This document shows, piece after piece, positions 41,221 through 55,282 of a stretch of 64,000 nucleotides of DNA. The notes beneath the pieces were generated by a model. The model made no database searches. It saw only the letters and a program-made list of their open reading frames with translations, and was not told the origin of the DNA. The DNA is from Eledone cirrhosa (taxonomy: Eukaryota). Position numbers and translations under genes: made by a program. The stretch is taken from assembly GCA_964016885.1 (NCBI GenBank), contig OZ024759.1:13640001-13704000 (forward strand), read 5' to 3'. Numbering within the stretch: the stretch's first letter is position 1; the number at the start of each line of letters is the position of its first letter.

Positions 41221-42620
41221 TTAACCCTTTACCATTTACATTACTCTGTATATATTGTATTTTCACAGTAAAGGTTTTACCTCACATAATATCTCGCATA
41301 AGATTTACATTACTCTATATATACTATTATATTTTCACGGTAAAGACTTTACCTCACATAATATCTCACATAACATTTACATTACTCTATATATACTATT
41401 GTATTGTCACAGTAAAGACTTTACCTCACATAATATCTCACATAACATTTACATTACTCTATATATACTATTATATTTTCACAGTAAAGACTTTACCTCA
41501 CATAATATCTCACATAACATTTACATTACTCTAAATATACTATTGTATTTCCACAGTAAAGGCTTTACCTCACATAACATTTACATTACTCTATATATAC
41601 TATTATATTTTCACAGTAAAGGCTTTACCTCACATAATATCTCATATAACATTTACATTACGCTATATATACTATTATATTTTCACAGTAAAGGCTTTAC
41701 CTCACATAATATCTCACATAACATTTACATTACTCTATATTTTTAAAGGAACGATCGACTTTCGTCAAATCGGACCGAGGGAACAATGTTTCCGTTGGTC
41801 TTTCCAATTGCTAATACTATCTATCGGTCGCAACTCCAGGTAGAAGGAGCAACGTGAAATAAAGTGTCTTGCTCAAGGACATAACGCATCGCCTGGTCCA
41901 GGAATCGACCTCACAACCTTATGATTGCGAATCCAATTCTCTAACCACTCAGCCACACGCCTTCACATTACTCTATATATACTATTAAACATTTAAACTG
42001 GCTATATCCGGCCATAATTCTCTCACCTCTTTCTGTTCAAACCGGCTATAACTGGCCACTCATACTGATATTAAGGTATTGTTCTCAAAATAACTAACAT
42101 TGAAATCTCATAGATTCGATATTATGTAAGATAATTATGTGAGGTAAAGACTTTACTGTGAAAATACAATAGTATATATAGAGTAATGTAAATGTTATGT
42201 GAGATATTATGTGAGGTAATGTCTTTACTGTGAAAATATAATAGTATATATAGAGTAATGTAAATGTTATGTGAGATATTATGTGAGGTAAAGACTTTAC
42301 TGTGAAAATACAATAGTATATATAGCGTAATGTAAATGTTATGTGAGATATTATGTGAGGTAAAGCCTTTACTGTGAAAATACAATAGTATATATAGAGT
42401 AATGTAAATGTTATGTGAGATATTATGTGAGGTAAAGCCTTTACTGTGAAAATATAATAGTATATATAGAGTAATGTAAATGTTATGTGAGATATTATGT
42501 GAGGTAAAGCCTTTACTGTGAAAATATAATAGTATATATTACTCTATATATACTATTATATTTTCACAGTAAAGGCTTTACCTCACATAATATCTCACAT
42601 AACATTTACATTACTCTATC
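41221..42620. repeat. 72-bp minisatellite arrays derived from the piggyBac-like MITE, in both orientations, with a SINE inserted at 41748-41962
   Basis: Starts TTAACCCTTTACCATTTAC. The ORFs show a 24-aa period. 41990-42190 is a MITE body running into the array. Confidence 0.85.
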
Positions 42621-42662
42621 CAGCAACCACCGTTGCTCTTTTGTTCAACACTGACAAAGGAA

Positions 42663-42703
42663 CGCTGTACTAGTTTCAAGCTTATTAGCTATCGTCAGCA
42701 ACG
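42663..42703 (-). ncRNA. Minimal type I hammerhead ribozyme
   Basis: cgttgCTGACGAtagctaataagcttGAAActaGTAcagcg. Stem I cgttg/cagcg, stem II agct/agct, palindromic stem III, GUA cleavage triplet. Confidence 0.75.
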
Positions 42704-43709
42704 TATACCTTCCTGCCAGATAGACTTAATTGTGTTTACAAGAAATTGTGTTTACAAGAAATGTTGACCAATCCTCTTGACAACTACAATCTTCCCATAT
42801 ATGGGAAGATTGTAGTTGTCTATTAAGTCTATCAAGGCAGTGAGTGGGGGGTGGCCGCACTTGCCTGTAGAACAATGAGAGAGAGGGTGGAGCTGGTCAA
42901 GTGTTGAAAGTGAATTCTACACAGCAAATTCTAAGGATCGTATATGAAACTAGGCTAGAGGAAGTAGGCGAAAAAGGGTTCTGGAGAAAATAGAGAAGGG
43001 ACATTATAGAATAGGTAAATCTATTGAGATTAGAAGATAATAAATAAATAAGAAAAATTTTCGGCCAATGCTATAGAATAGGTTAATAAGTTGAGAATAG
43101 AAGATACTAAATAAATAAATAAAAAAATTTTGAAATTATAGAATTGGGTAGTAAAAAGTAATACAAAATCTTAATTGTGTTTACAAGAAATGTTGACCAA
43201 TCCTCTTGACAACTACAATCTTCCCATATAAGGAATTACCCCTTGAAAAGTTTGGCTATTTATTTACCACGCTAAAAATTCTAATTTAATCCATAAATAA
43301 CAATCAAAGAGTGTTTAACAACATTTCATTACTAACGATCATTTCATCCAAGTACAAGGCCAGAATATCAGAGTATAAATCAAAAGTTAGAACACAGATA
43401 AACTTGTCGAAGAACATTCTGGGGATACCATTTATGGGAAGAAAGCAAAAATAATAGATATTAACACTGATATAAGAGAGGAAAGGAAGAAGCACATGAA
43501 AAGCATGATCATATAAATATAATTAAGAATCAACAGCTAGAAGCATTAAATAAATTAAAAACAAGCTGGTATAAAGTATTCTTGCTCTGTATTATATTTG
43601 TTATTTTACATTGAGCAAGTCTCATACTTGTAATTGGAGGATATTTAATATGTAATTTTACCCACATTTTTTATATGTATGTATATACTTATATATATAT
43701 ATATATATA

Positions 43710-43994
43710 TAAAGGGTGAAAGCAACGATTCTTTGCTTAAACTTTAATCTGTTATTTTAATATATATATATATATATATTAAAATAACAGATTAAAGTTT
43801 AAGCAAAGAATCGTTGCTTTCATAATAATAATAATAAATGTGAAGACTAAAAGGGTGAAAGCAACGATTCTTTGCTTAAACTTTAATCTGTTATTTTAAT
43901 ATATATATATATATATATATTAAAATAACAGATTGAAGTTTAAGCAAAGAATTGTTGCTTTCACCCTTTTAGTCATCACATTTATTATTATTAT

Positions 43995-43995
<1 letters not shown>
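43710..43995. repeat. Double fold-back of a ~50-bp repeat end around (TA)n
   Basis: aagggtgaaagcaacgattctttgcttaaactttaatctgttattttaa occurs in alternating orientation four times. The same motif is at 16760-16810. Confidence 0.8.
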
Positions 43996-44045
<50 letters not shown>

Positions 44046-44454
44046 ACATATATATATAATTTCAAACAATATATTGAGATATATCAATTGAGAAACTAAC
44101 CAGGCTTTCATACATATATATATACATTTATAACAAATGCAATTTAAGGTGTTAAATAAGGACATTACTCACATGATAAATTATAAAGACTAAGTTATAA
44201 TTAAATGGCTGTAATTCTAAATATGACCATCCAATCATTGACAGATTTGTTTCTGAAAATCAGAAAAAATTGAAAATTCATCATCGATTATAGCAACTAG
44301 TATCAATCACCAATTATTGATAATGGGGAAAACTCAATGAACTCTATGATCCACTTTGTCAGTATGTTTAAATCTTTGCTAAAATACATATGTCTCGCGC
44401 TGTATTAAAAACCTAGTCTCTACCCTTTGGGGAAAATATTTATTTAAATATATT

Positions 44455-45370
44455 TAACAGCAGCTGGAATCAAGAGGTCTGAGAATAAATATAGCTGAGA
44501 CAAAGGTGTTAATAAGTAGCAAAGAGGACAAAACTCTGATTCCGTCACGGAAATGGCCATGTTCAATTTGTAGGAAAGGAGTTGGCATAAAATGTACACA
44601 ATGCCGATCTTGGGTACACAAGAGATGTAGTGGGATAGCAGGCAAGCTAATAGGTAGGGAAAACTACATATGCAGTAAATGTACAGGGAAATTTGACAGT
44701 AGAGGTTGCAGTGATAGACACATTTTTCAAATGCGGGTAAAACCTATAGAGGTGGTTGATAGCTTCCGATACCTAGGTGATCAGATTAGCAAGGGAGGAG
44801 GGTGCTCTGAGGCCATAGTATCTAGAATAAGGAGGGGTTGGAAGAAGTTTTGGAAGCTGCTTCCTCTGTTGACAAAAAAGGGTTTCTCCCTACGAACAAA
44901 AGGCCGGTTATATGATGCCTGTGTGAGATGTGCGATGCTGCATGGTAATGAAACATGGGCAGCAACTGTGGAAGATATGCGACGGCTGGAGAGAAATGAA
45001 GCAAGCATGCTTCATTGGATGTGCAATGTCAATGTGCGTGAACGACCAAGCAGAGTTGAGAGAGAAACTGTCTACAAGAGGGATAAACTGTAGTGTGCGG
45101 GAGAGAAGACTGCATTGGTATGGACATGTGATGCTCATGGATGATGTCCGCTGGGGAAAGAAGTGCCAAGAAATCCCAGTTGAAGGTAGACGCAGTCGAG
45201 GAAGACCACGAAAAACATGGGCGAAGGTGGTGAGAGCTGAACTCAAGTTGCTGAAGTTTACAAAGAAGATGACAAAGGACCATGATGAATGGAGAAATGC
45301 TGTGCTTAATAAGACCTGTCCTACCCTTGCAAGCAGGGAAAAGCGAATGTAAAAATGATGATGATGATGA
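44455..45370 (+). mobile_element. RTE LINE 3' fragment, third subfamily with a very short 3' UTR
   Basis: KWPCSICRKGVG...FRYLGD...RLHWYGHVM...GRPRKTW, ending cccttgcaagcagggaaaagcgaatgtaaaaa(TGA)n. Confidence 0.9.
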
Positions 45371-46189
45371 ATTTATTCCATGTGGTATAAATTATAACGT
45401 AATATATAGAAATATATTCGACCAAGTATATTTGAGATAAGTTTGAGTTTGTGCAACCTCTCTCTCATAAGCTATAACCCCAAGGCGATAACATGGAATT
45501 CGTAGCTTAATACCTAAGTACATAACTTCATGGATATGCAGGCGTCGGTGATGTGTATTAATCCATCAGTCTGGAACCTGTGACCCTTGGAGAGAAAAGC
45601 TGTTCAGACTAACTTAGCCATGACCTAGAATCTTTGGTAAATGACTAGATAATTAATCAATTTTCTCCTCCATTAATCATTGAATATAGTTGGTCGAATA
45701 CAGCCCAGCGACTTTGGACCTCACTTTAATAAAATAGACCGCAGGATGAGATAAAGATGAACCACACCAAGTTAGCCTTAAATAAATTAGTACATATATT
45801 CACACAAATATATTTTGTAAATCCGAACCTTCAGAGATACTTTGAAAATAACTGCCTTCTTTTAACCTCTATAGTCTCCTTCTTCTTTGGCAGTATAGGT
45901 AGAGAGTCAGACGCCATGCTTTCCAGCATAATTACGTCCCTTTACGATCTGAGTTCAAATCCCGCCGAGGTTAACTTTGCCTTTCATCCTTACGGGGTCG
46001 ATAAAATAAAGTACCAGTAATGTACTGGATAATTGCTGGCCTTATGCCAAATGTAGAAACAATTATTTTACTAATATTTTTGTTTTATTTCTTCTTCTAA
46101 CCCTAATTTTCATAGTTTTATACATATGCACCTCTTTAACTAGAGTCACCACTGAATGACTTGTCTGATGGCCGACCAATAGACTAGAG

Positions 46190-46478
46190 CAGGCATGGGC
46201 AACCTTTTTCGAGAAGCGGGCTGCATGAGATATGGCTCATCATCAGGCGAGCCGCAAGTGCTAATTTACATTCGTGCCCACATTAAAAAAAGGGCGGTAA
46301 CTCGGTTGTTTTGATTTGTTTCTTCAGAATTTGTACACGTTATTTTCCTCGATCGTAAAAATGATAGAAAGATAAATTATGACTGAAAAGTTGGGATAAA
46401 AAAATCAGAAAGATTTCACTTAGGTGACTTAGGTGAGCAATTCAGAAAGCTTTGCGGGCTGCAGGTTGCCCATGACTG
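46190..46478. mobile_element. hAT (Charlie/Buster-like) MITE, 289 bp
   Basis: TIRs CAGGCATGGGCAACC and GGTTGCCCATGACTG, with a perfect 8-bp TSD GACTAGAG at 46182-46189 and 46479-46486. Confidence 0.9.
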
Positions 46479-47242
46479 GACTAGAGTCCTTAGGTATCTA
46501 CTAAAGCTTAGCAATTTTATTAAGGAGTGACACTCTCTGGGAAGTATCTTTTGTGTTGGCATTACACCACACCTAGCCTCCCCCACCATCCCTAGATCAT
46601 CTAGCAGCACTGACTGGAGTGGGTTTTGTAGATGTGGACGTTTGCATATAGAGAAACAAGGAACAATTATAAATGTATGAGAAAGAGAAATAAGGACACA
46701 TTAAACATATGGTCGAAAAAACAACGAAGATTTTTACGCTAGTTTATTCGAAGGGGTAGTAGAGTGGGGAAGAAAATAAGAGAAAGACAAACAATGAGGG
46801 GCCGATATAAATGGTGTTCTATCAAAGTGAACGAGTGAACGATAGAGAGAGAATTTGAAAAATACAGTTAAACAGATAAATAGCTAGAATGATCTTGGAA
46901 TTGCAAATACAAGGTTTTAAAAAACCTTTGCTAAGTACAAACCACTACCTCCCTACGGACAACTGACGCTGCACACCAGGTCCAAACACGGAAGAGCTGA
47001 ACGGCCACTTTCATCGCCTCCATCTTTCTCACCCTCCCCATCTCGCTGTATCATAAGCAAATGGGGACCTATGTGCTGGCCACCCCATGGCACCGGGGAC
47101 AGAATGGAGAAGGCGTGACTTTCTTCTCACAGTACAACAGTTCTTTTACAGTCAGTCCCCCAGGTCAAATATTCAAATTCCTATTCTCTTTTCCCTATAT
47201 CCCATTCTATGTTTGGGTGCAATGTAACCCAAATATAATTCT

Positions 47243-47330
47243 GGCGAAGTTACCTGATGAGACCGTCCTGTCTTGCATCACATTTGGATGCTGAAGCTGG
47301 GTCTTTGAAATATGTATAGCGATTTCACGT
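47243..47330 (+). ncRNA. Hammerhead-like motif (family shared with 5143-5235)
   Basis: gaagttacCTGATGAgacc...ggtcttTGAAAtatgtatagcgatttc. The downstream ccagtcca.ccttctgttattttt is shared with ~5210. Confidence 0.55.
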
Positions 47331-47445
47331 AATTAAATTAAATTTTTAAAGCATATCTTCCAGTCCAGCCTTCTGTTATTTTTCTCTAAAAAACTACTTT
47401 TTCGATTTTGCCCTGCCCGTCCTCTCAATCTTTCTAATTTCTCAT

Positions 47446-47490
47446 TCTTTCTTCTGATGAAGGACTAACATCCGAAACGTTAAGACCCTC
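47446..47490 (+). ncRNA. Minimal type I hammerhead ribozyme
   Basis: tcttCTGATGAaggactaacatccGAAAcGTTaaga. Stem II gga/tcc, palindromic AACGTT stem III, stem I tctt/aaga. Confidence 0.75.
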
Positions 47491-47578
47491 TTCCTGCTAT
47501 TTCAAGCATTAAACTAATATATTCGTTCCATATACTGCACCGATTGTGGCGTTATTTCTGTTTACCTTTTACATATAT

Positions 47579-47960
47579 ATCATCATCATCATCATCGTTT
47601 AACGTCCGTGTTCCATGCTTGCATGGGTTTGGACGGGAGTTTTCCCACTTGAGGCAAGAGTGGTTGTCTTGCTCGCATAGGACTGTCTGGCGGGTTTTCT
47701 ACAGTTGGATGCCCTTCCTAACACCAACCACATTTACAGTGTGGGGCTGGGAGGTTTTTACCGTGTTGCCTACACGGCCATATTACAGCGTGGACTATCT
47801 GGCGGGTTTTCTACAGCTGGATGCCCTTCCTAACACCAACCACATTTACAGTGTGGGACTGGGAGGTTTTTACCGTGTTGCCTACACGGTCACATTACAG
47901 CGTGGACTGTGTGTTTTTTTGTCGTGACACCTACACGAACTCATTTGTTTCGGCCTGGAT
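47579..47960 (-). mobile_element. RTE 3' UTR fragment with an internal duplication
   Basis: Same UTR as 19870-20148. Related copies at 53208-53470 (+) and 56522-56745 (-). Confidence 0.9.
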
Positions 47961-48175
47961 TTATATATGTATATATATATATTTTTATATATGTATATAT
48001 ATATATGTATATATATATGTATATATTTATATATGTATATATATATGTATATATATATGTATATATATATGTATATATATATGTATTTATATATGTATAT
48101 ATATATGTATATATATATGTATATATTTATATATGTATATATATATATGTATGTATATATATATACATACATATA

Positions 48176-48223
<48 letters not shown>

Positions 48224-49309
48224 AGGTACTGTTTGTGTTGGTATTTCTGTTTACCTTTTACATGCATATATCTCTATATTTATGTGTATGTGTGTGGCTA
48301 TGTTTATTTGCTTCTACGTATCGGTTGTTTACTTGCCCTGTATGGTGAATGCGCGTCAGGTGAATTCTGGGCCCCTGATTGGACGATCTATTTATATTTG
48401 TTTGTGACTGGCCAGTTTATCCACAGATCCAATGTGGATTTTGTTGTGACAGCACTGGTCAACAGATCAAGCAGATCAAGCAGATCTGGAATCTGGTCTG
48501 GAATATTAACCTAGATGATGAGCCGACTGTTTGTGAAACAATTTTAACCAGAAATTATCAATAAATTTCTTAATATACTAGCAGAAAAACCATCCTTCAG
48601 GTGGTTTTCTGCTAGCATCTGTAGTGTGCATATTGATATTATACGCAGGTATATATACATGTAGGTATGATACATCAAATAAAATCGTAATTCACAATAT
48701 ATAATACATAGAAATTGAATGAAGACTGCGTTACACTGTCTTATGTAATCAGTAACATAATCCATGATACATTAAAAAAAAAGATATTATATATAAACTG
48801 CATTAGCAGAAAATTAGCGACAGAAAATTAGTATGTTTATTTAAGCGATGGCCAACCGGAAGTGTTGACATTTCAGAAATTTTAAAGAAGTGAATCTTTA
48901 AATAAACAAAATATATTTAATCAACAGCCGCAAAATTTAGTAGATAAATTATGTAATATTCATTCATTCGGACGCCATGCTTTGTAGCATAGAGTTATGG
49001 CCCTTTATGGTCTGAGTTCAAATCCTGCCGAGGTTAACTTTGCCTTTCATCCTTACGGGGTCGATAAAATAAAGTACCAGTAATACACTGGGATAATTGC
49101 TGGCCTTGTGCCAAAAGTAGAAATAATTATTTATTCAAAGTAATTCAATTTATTTTACTAATGGGATAACAAATTATAAACCGTACGCAGTACCGCGCTC
49201 CTTACTTTATTATAGTTTAGATATAAAAATAAATATATTTATATATCATCATCATCATTTTATATAAATATATATATAAATATATTTATATAAATATCAA
49301 TAACTCGTT

Positions 49310-50230
49310 TTTGAATTTGTTTTGCGAGATTTCTTATCTGAAAACGTGTGTTGAAACCTGATATTCTTATACTTTGGGAGGGTCATGTTACCAATAACGA
49401 CACATGCACCTGATAGTTTTCACTTCAATTTATTATAAGTTTCCAGTTGGTTAGTTGGTTTGTTCGATAACCGGAAGGTTGTTTATATATTGTCAAAGCT
49501 CTTTCATCACACATTCTGTTACCTCCTCAGTGACTAGGTTTTTATTTTGTGTGTCTCTCCTTTGTTCTGTCCTACACCATCTTGTTGTTGTGTGTTGTGT
49601 GCTTAGTTTGCACATGTGTTACATCCGTGTGTGTGTTTATTTATGTGTTTATTTACTTGTCACTAGTTGGTTGGTTGTTCTATCTGAGTGTGTCTGATTT
49701 GTTTTGTTAGTTTGGTTTTTGTGTGTGTCTGTATGTCTTCATCTTGTCCTTAATTACTAGTTGTGATGTTGCTATTACACTCATGTTTTCTGTTTAATTT
49801 TGGTTGGAGTTTGTTTCTGTTTGTTGCCTCTGGGATTTTTCTGAGCATTGCATCTTTTCTGTGTGGATATAATTGTTATCTCTATGTTCTCTAATGTGCC
49901 CCTATGTTCCATTTTGGCATACTGGTGGAGTGGTGAAGAGTTTTCCCATGCTGGAGTTCTTGCAAGTGTTCACTTATCCTTTCTCCTAAGCACACAACAC
50001 ACAACACACAAAAACAAGATGGTGTAGGATAGAACAAAGGAGAGAGACAAAAAATAAAAACCTAGTCACCGAGGAGGTCACAGAATGTGTGACAAAAGAG
50101 CTTTGACAATATACAAATAACCTCCGGTTATCGAACCAACCAACCAACCAACCAGAAATTTATAATAAATTGAAGTGAAAACCAACAAGAGCATGTGTTT
50201 TTATTGGCAACATGACCCTCCCAAAGTATA
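49310..50230 (-). mobile_element. Penelope-like fragment with a GIY-YIG C-terminal remnant and inverted terminal arm
   Basis: The - strand of 49780-49990 gives, with frameshifts, GERISEHLQEL..SSPLHQYAKMEH..IEITIIST..LRKIPEA..LQPKLNRK. 49990-50230 is the reverse complement of 49368-49605. Confidence 0.75.
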
Positions 50231-50247
50231 TATATATATATATATAT

Positions 50248-52435
50248 ACAATATTAAATAAATGGAAACTATATTTATAAAACCATATTTATTTCATTAT
50301 ATATATTTCAGGGATATCATATTAACAATATGCTATGCCTTCCTCAGACAAAATACAATATAAACAGTTTTATAGATAAATAGATTCGACATACCGTAAC
50401 AACATCGACTTGCATTTGAAGAGGTTGATTTGGCAGTGAAAAAATTGTACACAGAGAGAAAGAAAGAGAGAAAAAAAAGAGAGAAAAAAAGAAAGAAAGA
50501 CAGAAAACGAAGAAAAGGAAGAAAAAGAAGAAATGCATGGAACAAAATAGAGAGATGGAAAGATAGATAAAGAGAAGAACTTCATGTAAAGAAACAGAAA
50601 GAGATATATATATAGAGAGAGAGAGGAAATAGAGATAGATACATATATATATAGAAAATTAGGTAGTGGGAGGTCTGTTGAGTAAATGTATCAATGATAC
50701 ATTTATTTATTTATTTATTTATTTAGCTCTAGTATTAATGTAAGGGAGATATATATAGAGAGAAAAAAATATAGAGAGAGAAAAAATATAGCGAGAGAAA
50801 AAATTTAAAAATAACCAGATATATGCGAGGCGTAAAAACCCTATGTTTTAATGTAGAGGTATTAGTATTTATAAAACATCCACTATATTGTAAATATCAG
50901 TATTCCTGAATGAGACAAGTATCCATAGTGTGTGAAAATTAATGATCTTATGTTTAGTTTTTTTAAAAAATTCATATGTTTATGTGATAGCTACAAACAT
51001 CCATGTGAATCTACATGATCAACTCTGCAAACCCTAAGTTCACGGAAAACATTCTCAATGTGGTATAAAAATTTGAGTATACATATATGTGTATTATTAT
51101 TCCTGTCTTTACTCTACAAGATTATCTATCAAGCAGAAATAGAGAGCAGATTTCAATATACTAATAAAAATATATATCAGAAACAAAACTAAAAAATAAC
51201 AATAATAATAATAAGTAATAATAAAATAGAAAACTAAAAAAATAAAAAAATATTACGAAAGAATATTACATATTAAAAATATTACATATTAAAAAATTTA
51301 CATATTAAAAATATTAAAAATATTAGAAAATACTACAATAATAAAAAATAAAAATAAACCACAAAGATCAACCCTTCAAAATTAATTGACAATATATTGC
51401 CAAGTTCATTATAAGCATCAGAGTCGAAAAACAGATAAAGCCAAAAATTATCTATCAAATCACATCTAGCAAAGATCATTTCAAAAAGTTTAGGATGCCC
51501 AATTTGGTCTACATGTGTTCTTATATTTAATATAGAAGTTTATCTAGTGTAACGTTTATTCGAAATATTTGGAGCATCAGCTTTTAGGGTAGCTTAATTT
51601 TTCATGAGGAATGTTTAAATAAAAATAAAATAAAAATAAAAAATAAAAAGAATAAAAAGAAGGAATCAAAGATTTATCGGCTAGTTTCTCATATAAATAT
51701 AAATCAAACTAAATATACTACATTTTAAATTTAAATTTATATTTAAACGTTGAGTTTAATCTATGTTTGCAACAACTGAATAAATTTGTCCGTAGATTAA
51801 GGGAATTTTTAGATTTTAGTATAAAGAATATCTCCTCTGCGCAGAGGTCACATGTCTCAGAGGATGAATTAAAAGGAATCCCTCTTGAGACTATATTCCA
51901 AGCCGTCGAATATCTAACGTTATCTAGCTTAAGTTGCCAGAGTACGCCTGATAGTGCCGTTGAAGATTTTTTGCTTGGATCTGTGAAAGAATTCTTGTGG
52001 TTATTATAGCGAAGTTTAAATTCCGTCGTTTTTTCTCTCTTTCTTTCTCTCTGTGTACAATTTTTTCACTGCCAAATCAACCTCTTCAAATGCAAGTCGA
52101 TGTTAAATTCCGTCGTTTTTTCTCTCTTTCTTTCTCTCTGTGTACAATTTTTTCACTGCCAAATCAACCTCTTCAAATGCAAGTCGATGTTGTTACGGTA
52201 TTTCGAATCTATTTATCTATAAAACTGTTTATATTGTATTTTGTCTGAGGAAGGCATAGCATATTGTTAATATGATATCCCTGAAATATATATAATGAAA
52301 TAAATATGGTTTTATAAATATAGTTTCCATTTATTTAATATTGTAAATATACTCCAAATATTTGTCGAGTGCTTTTATATCAGTTATAAATATTTACTAG
52401 TTGTAACCCAACAATTTTAAATATAACTTTCCATG
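50248..52435. mobile_element. Family A element: ~225-bp near-perfect inverted arms, each with a hammerhead, enclosing a 1.5-kb AT-rich interior
   Basis: 50248-50476 is the reverse complement of 52115-52345. CTGAGGAaggcatagca..tatccctGAAAtatatata lies at 52245-52295. There is an ~87-bp direct duplication at 52016-52190. Confidence 0.8.
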
Positions 52436-52486
<51 letters not shown>

Positions 52487-54169
52487 ATATTTGTTTGCAA
52501 GATTTTGTATATGAAATCGTGTGTTGAAACAAATATTGTTATATTTGGAGAGGGTCATATTGTTATAATATGGCCAAAATAGTGTTCTGTTATTATTTCT
52601 GGCAATATTATAACAATGTGACCATCCTCAAATATAACTATATATATATATATATATATATATACCTTATGAAGAGAGAAGAAACATTTAGATATAATTA
52701 GTAATAAAATGTATCATACCTAAACTGCTCCTAAATTCCTCGACTACGTAGTTTCGTGGCATAAACAAAAACAATATATCATAAAGATATAGAGTCCTTG
52801 CGAGGTCTGCCGACTTATCAAGAGGATACCTCATTTTACTAGTCTCAAGAACGCGTCTACACGACGTGAGAAAGAATCCCAAAAGGCGGAGGGGGAGATA
52901 GTCACGCGATATAACGGTCGAGAAACAGAGCTAAGCCTCTTATAACCCCGAAGAAAATACCACGGAGGCGGAGGGGGTATTCATATCGAGGCCGCAGAAG
53001 AGGTGGTGAAGAAGGCGAGAAGTATGAGTAATGGAAGCCTTCCAGCTGTCCCCACACTTTAAAGATTGCTCGACCAGAGGGAGTTATATAAATGAAGTAT
53101 TTCCATAGAAAAGGTAAAGGAAAAGAGAGTGCTCTATGTAGGCTACAGAGTTTTTAGTTATGTAATAATTATCTTATGTTGTTTATTACATAACTATATA
53201 TATATATGATCGTGTAGGTGTCACGACAAAAAAACACACAGTCCACGCTGTAATGTGGCCGTGTAGGCAACACGGTAAAAACCTCCCAGACCCACACTGT
53301 AAACGTGGTTGGTGTTAGGAAGGGCATCCAACTGTAGAAAACCTGCCAGACAGTCCTATGCGAGCAAGACAATCACCCTTGCCTCAAGTGGGAAAACCCC
53401 CGTCCAAACCCATGCAAGCGTGGAACACGGACGTTAAACGTTGATGATGATGATGATGATGATGATGATATATACGTGTATATAGGCGATGCGTTAGGTC
53501 CTTGAGCAAGACACTTTATTTCATGTTGCTCCTTCTACCTGGTGTTGCGACCGATAGATAGTACTAGCAATTGGAAAGACTGATGAAAACATTGTTTCCT
53601 CGGTCTGATTTCACGAAAGTCAATCGATCCTTTTTTATATAAATAGCTTTCTTCGGTTTCGCAAACACCAAACACTCACTTTTGAACACAGTTGAACCTC
53701 ACCTTAATGCCTCCACCCCACCCACACTCATTAAAAAAAGCCATCTAACCATTAGAATGGTAAGAACATGTTCTATTTTTAACCAAGTGAATCCAATTGA
53801 ATCGTGACGTGTTGAAACCCACCTCCACATTCACCACCACACCTTCATAAAGGATATTTGATAGAATTGTTATATTGATATTTATTTTATTACAATTGTA
53901 TAAATTTACAGTAGAATGACGTTGTAAAAATGTTTTAAATATATACATAAATAACATTACAAATATGTAAATAACATTGTAAATTGCTTGCAATTCATTT
54001 AGGACAAATGTAATGTCTAAACCGTGTATAAAAACACAATAATATAAATTAATTGAACAAAAAAGATAAAGGAAAGAAAAAAGAAGGAAAAAATGTGGGG
54101 TGGCAATTCACCACCAAGTGTGACAATCGACCACACCTCATACTTTAGGGGTTAACTACACACTTTCAG

Positions 54170-54745
54170 GCAAGCCAACATGCTCGCAGCATTACCATGG
54201 ATGCTGGCGAGGCTAAGGCACTGAAATAACAGGCACCCTCAAGGGTATCACCTGACACCTCAGTAAGGTGAGGTGATGGTAAGGCTAAGGTGGTGAAATA
54301 ACCAGGCACCCTAAAGGACATCATCTGACACCTCAGTAAGGTGAGGTAATGGCGAGGCTAAGGCGCTGAAATAACCAGGCACCCCCACGGGTATCACCTG
54401 ATACCTCAGTAAGGTGAGGCCAAGGCCCTGAAATAACCAGGCACCTTCACGGGCATCACCTGACACCTCAGTAAGGTGAGGCTAAGGCCCTGAAATAACC
54501 AAGCACTCTCACGGGCATCACCTGACACCTCAGTAAGGTGAGGCCAAGGCCCTGAAATAACCAGGCACCTTCACGGGCATCACCTGACACCTCAGTAAGG
54601 TGAGGTTAAGGCCCTGAAATAACCAGGCACCTTCACGGGCATCACCTGACACCTCAGTAAGATGAGCCACCAGTGAAGACAAGAACTTCACTGTCAGCGG
54701 CCCAACTCCACCAAATGTCTCGAATGCCACAGACTGGAAAAAATA
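54170..54745 (-). mobile_element. CRE-like element C-terminus with a 62/73-bp tandem expansion
   Basis: FQSVAFETFGGVGP...DAREGAWLFQ...SLASIHGNAASML. The motif (c/t)ctga(c/t)acctcagtaag recurs at 54251, 54324, 54397, 54459, 54521, 54583 and 54645. Confidence 0.7.
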
Positions 54746-54989
54746 ATTGTCATATCAATCGATATAGTTAATTATAAAATTATTCATTCTGATGCATAAA
54801 GAAAAACAATCTTGAAATATACTTCTGTGTGTTTTCACCTTCACTTTTTAACTATTACTTTTCTTTTGTATAGAACTATACCCTTTTCAACTATATATAT
54901 ATATATATATTTATAATTATATATATATAGAGTAAATAACGTAGATTGGTTGTACTCATAACCTTTACTTGGATTACCTTAAACAATAT

Positions 54990-55203
54990 CTCATTAACTT
55001 ATATATTTATGAGTCCTGCGTTCAATTGGAGGTAACCACAGAAAGTAAAATACTCAGTACATTAGGAGAGTATATACAAAATTTAATATAGGAATGGCTT
55101 CTCCAGGACTAGAATTGTATTATTTGAAGGAAATTATCTGGGCCTTCCTGATGATTTCCTTCGAATGAAAGAGTTCTAGTCCTGTAGAAGCCATTTCTAT
55201 ATT

Positions 55204-55208
<5 letters not shown>
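54990..55208. mobile_element. Second copy of the 8275-8470 hammerhead fold-back element
   Basis: gccttcCTGATGAtttccttcgaatGAAAgagttctagtcctgTAgaagcc at 55143-55192, with a decayed opposite arm. Confidence 0.7.

Positions 55209-55282
<74 letters not shown>

Noticed and set aside
48330-48564. Unique-looking segment with a short ORF
   Set aside because: No recognisable protein motif or consistent splice-site pair, so it cannot be supported as an exon.
52667-53190. Possible solo LTR
   Set aside because: No clear TG..CA boundaries, TSD or second copy in the window.
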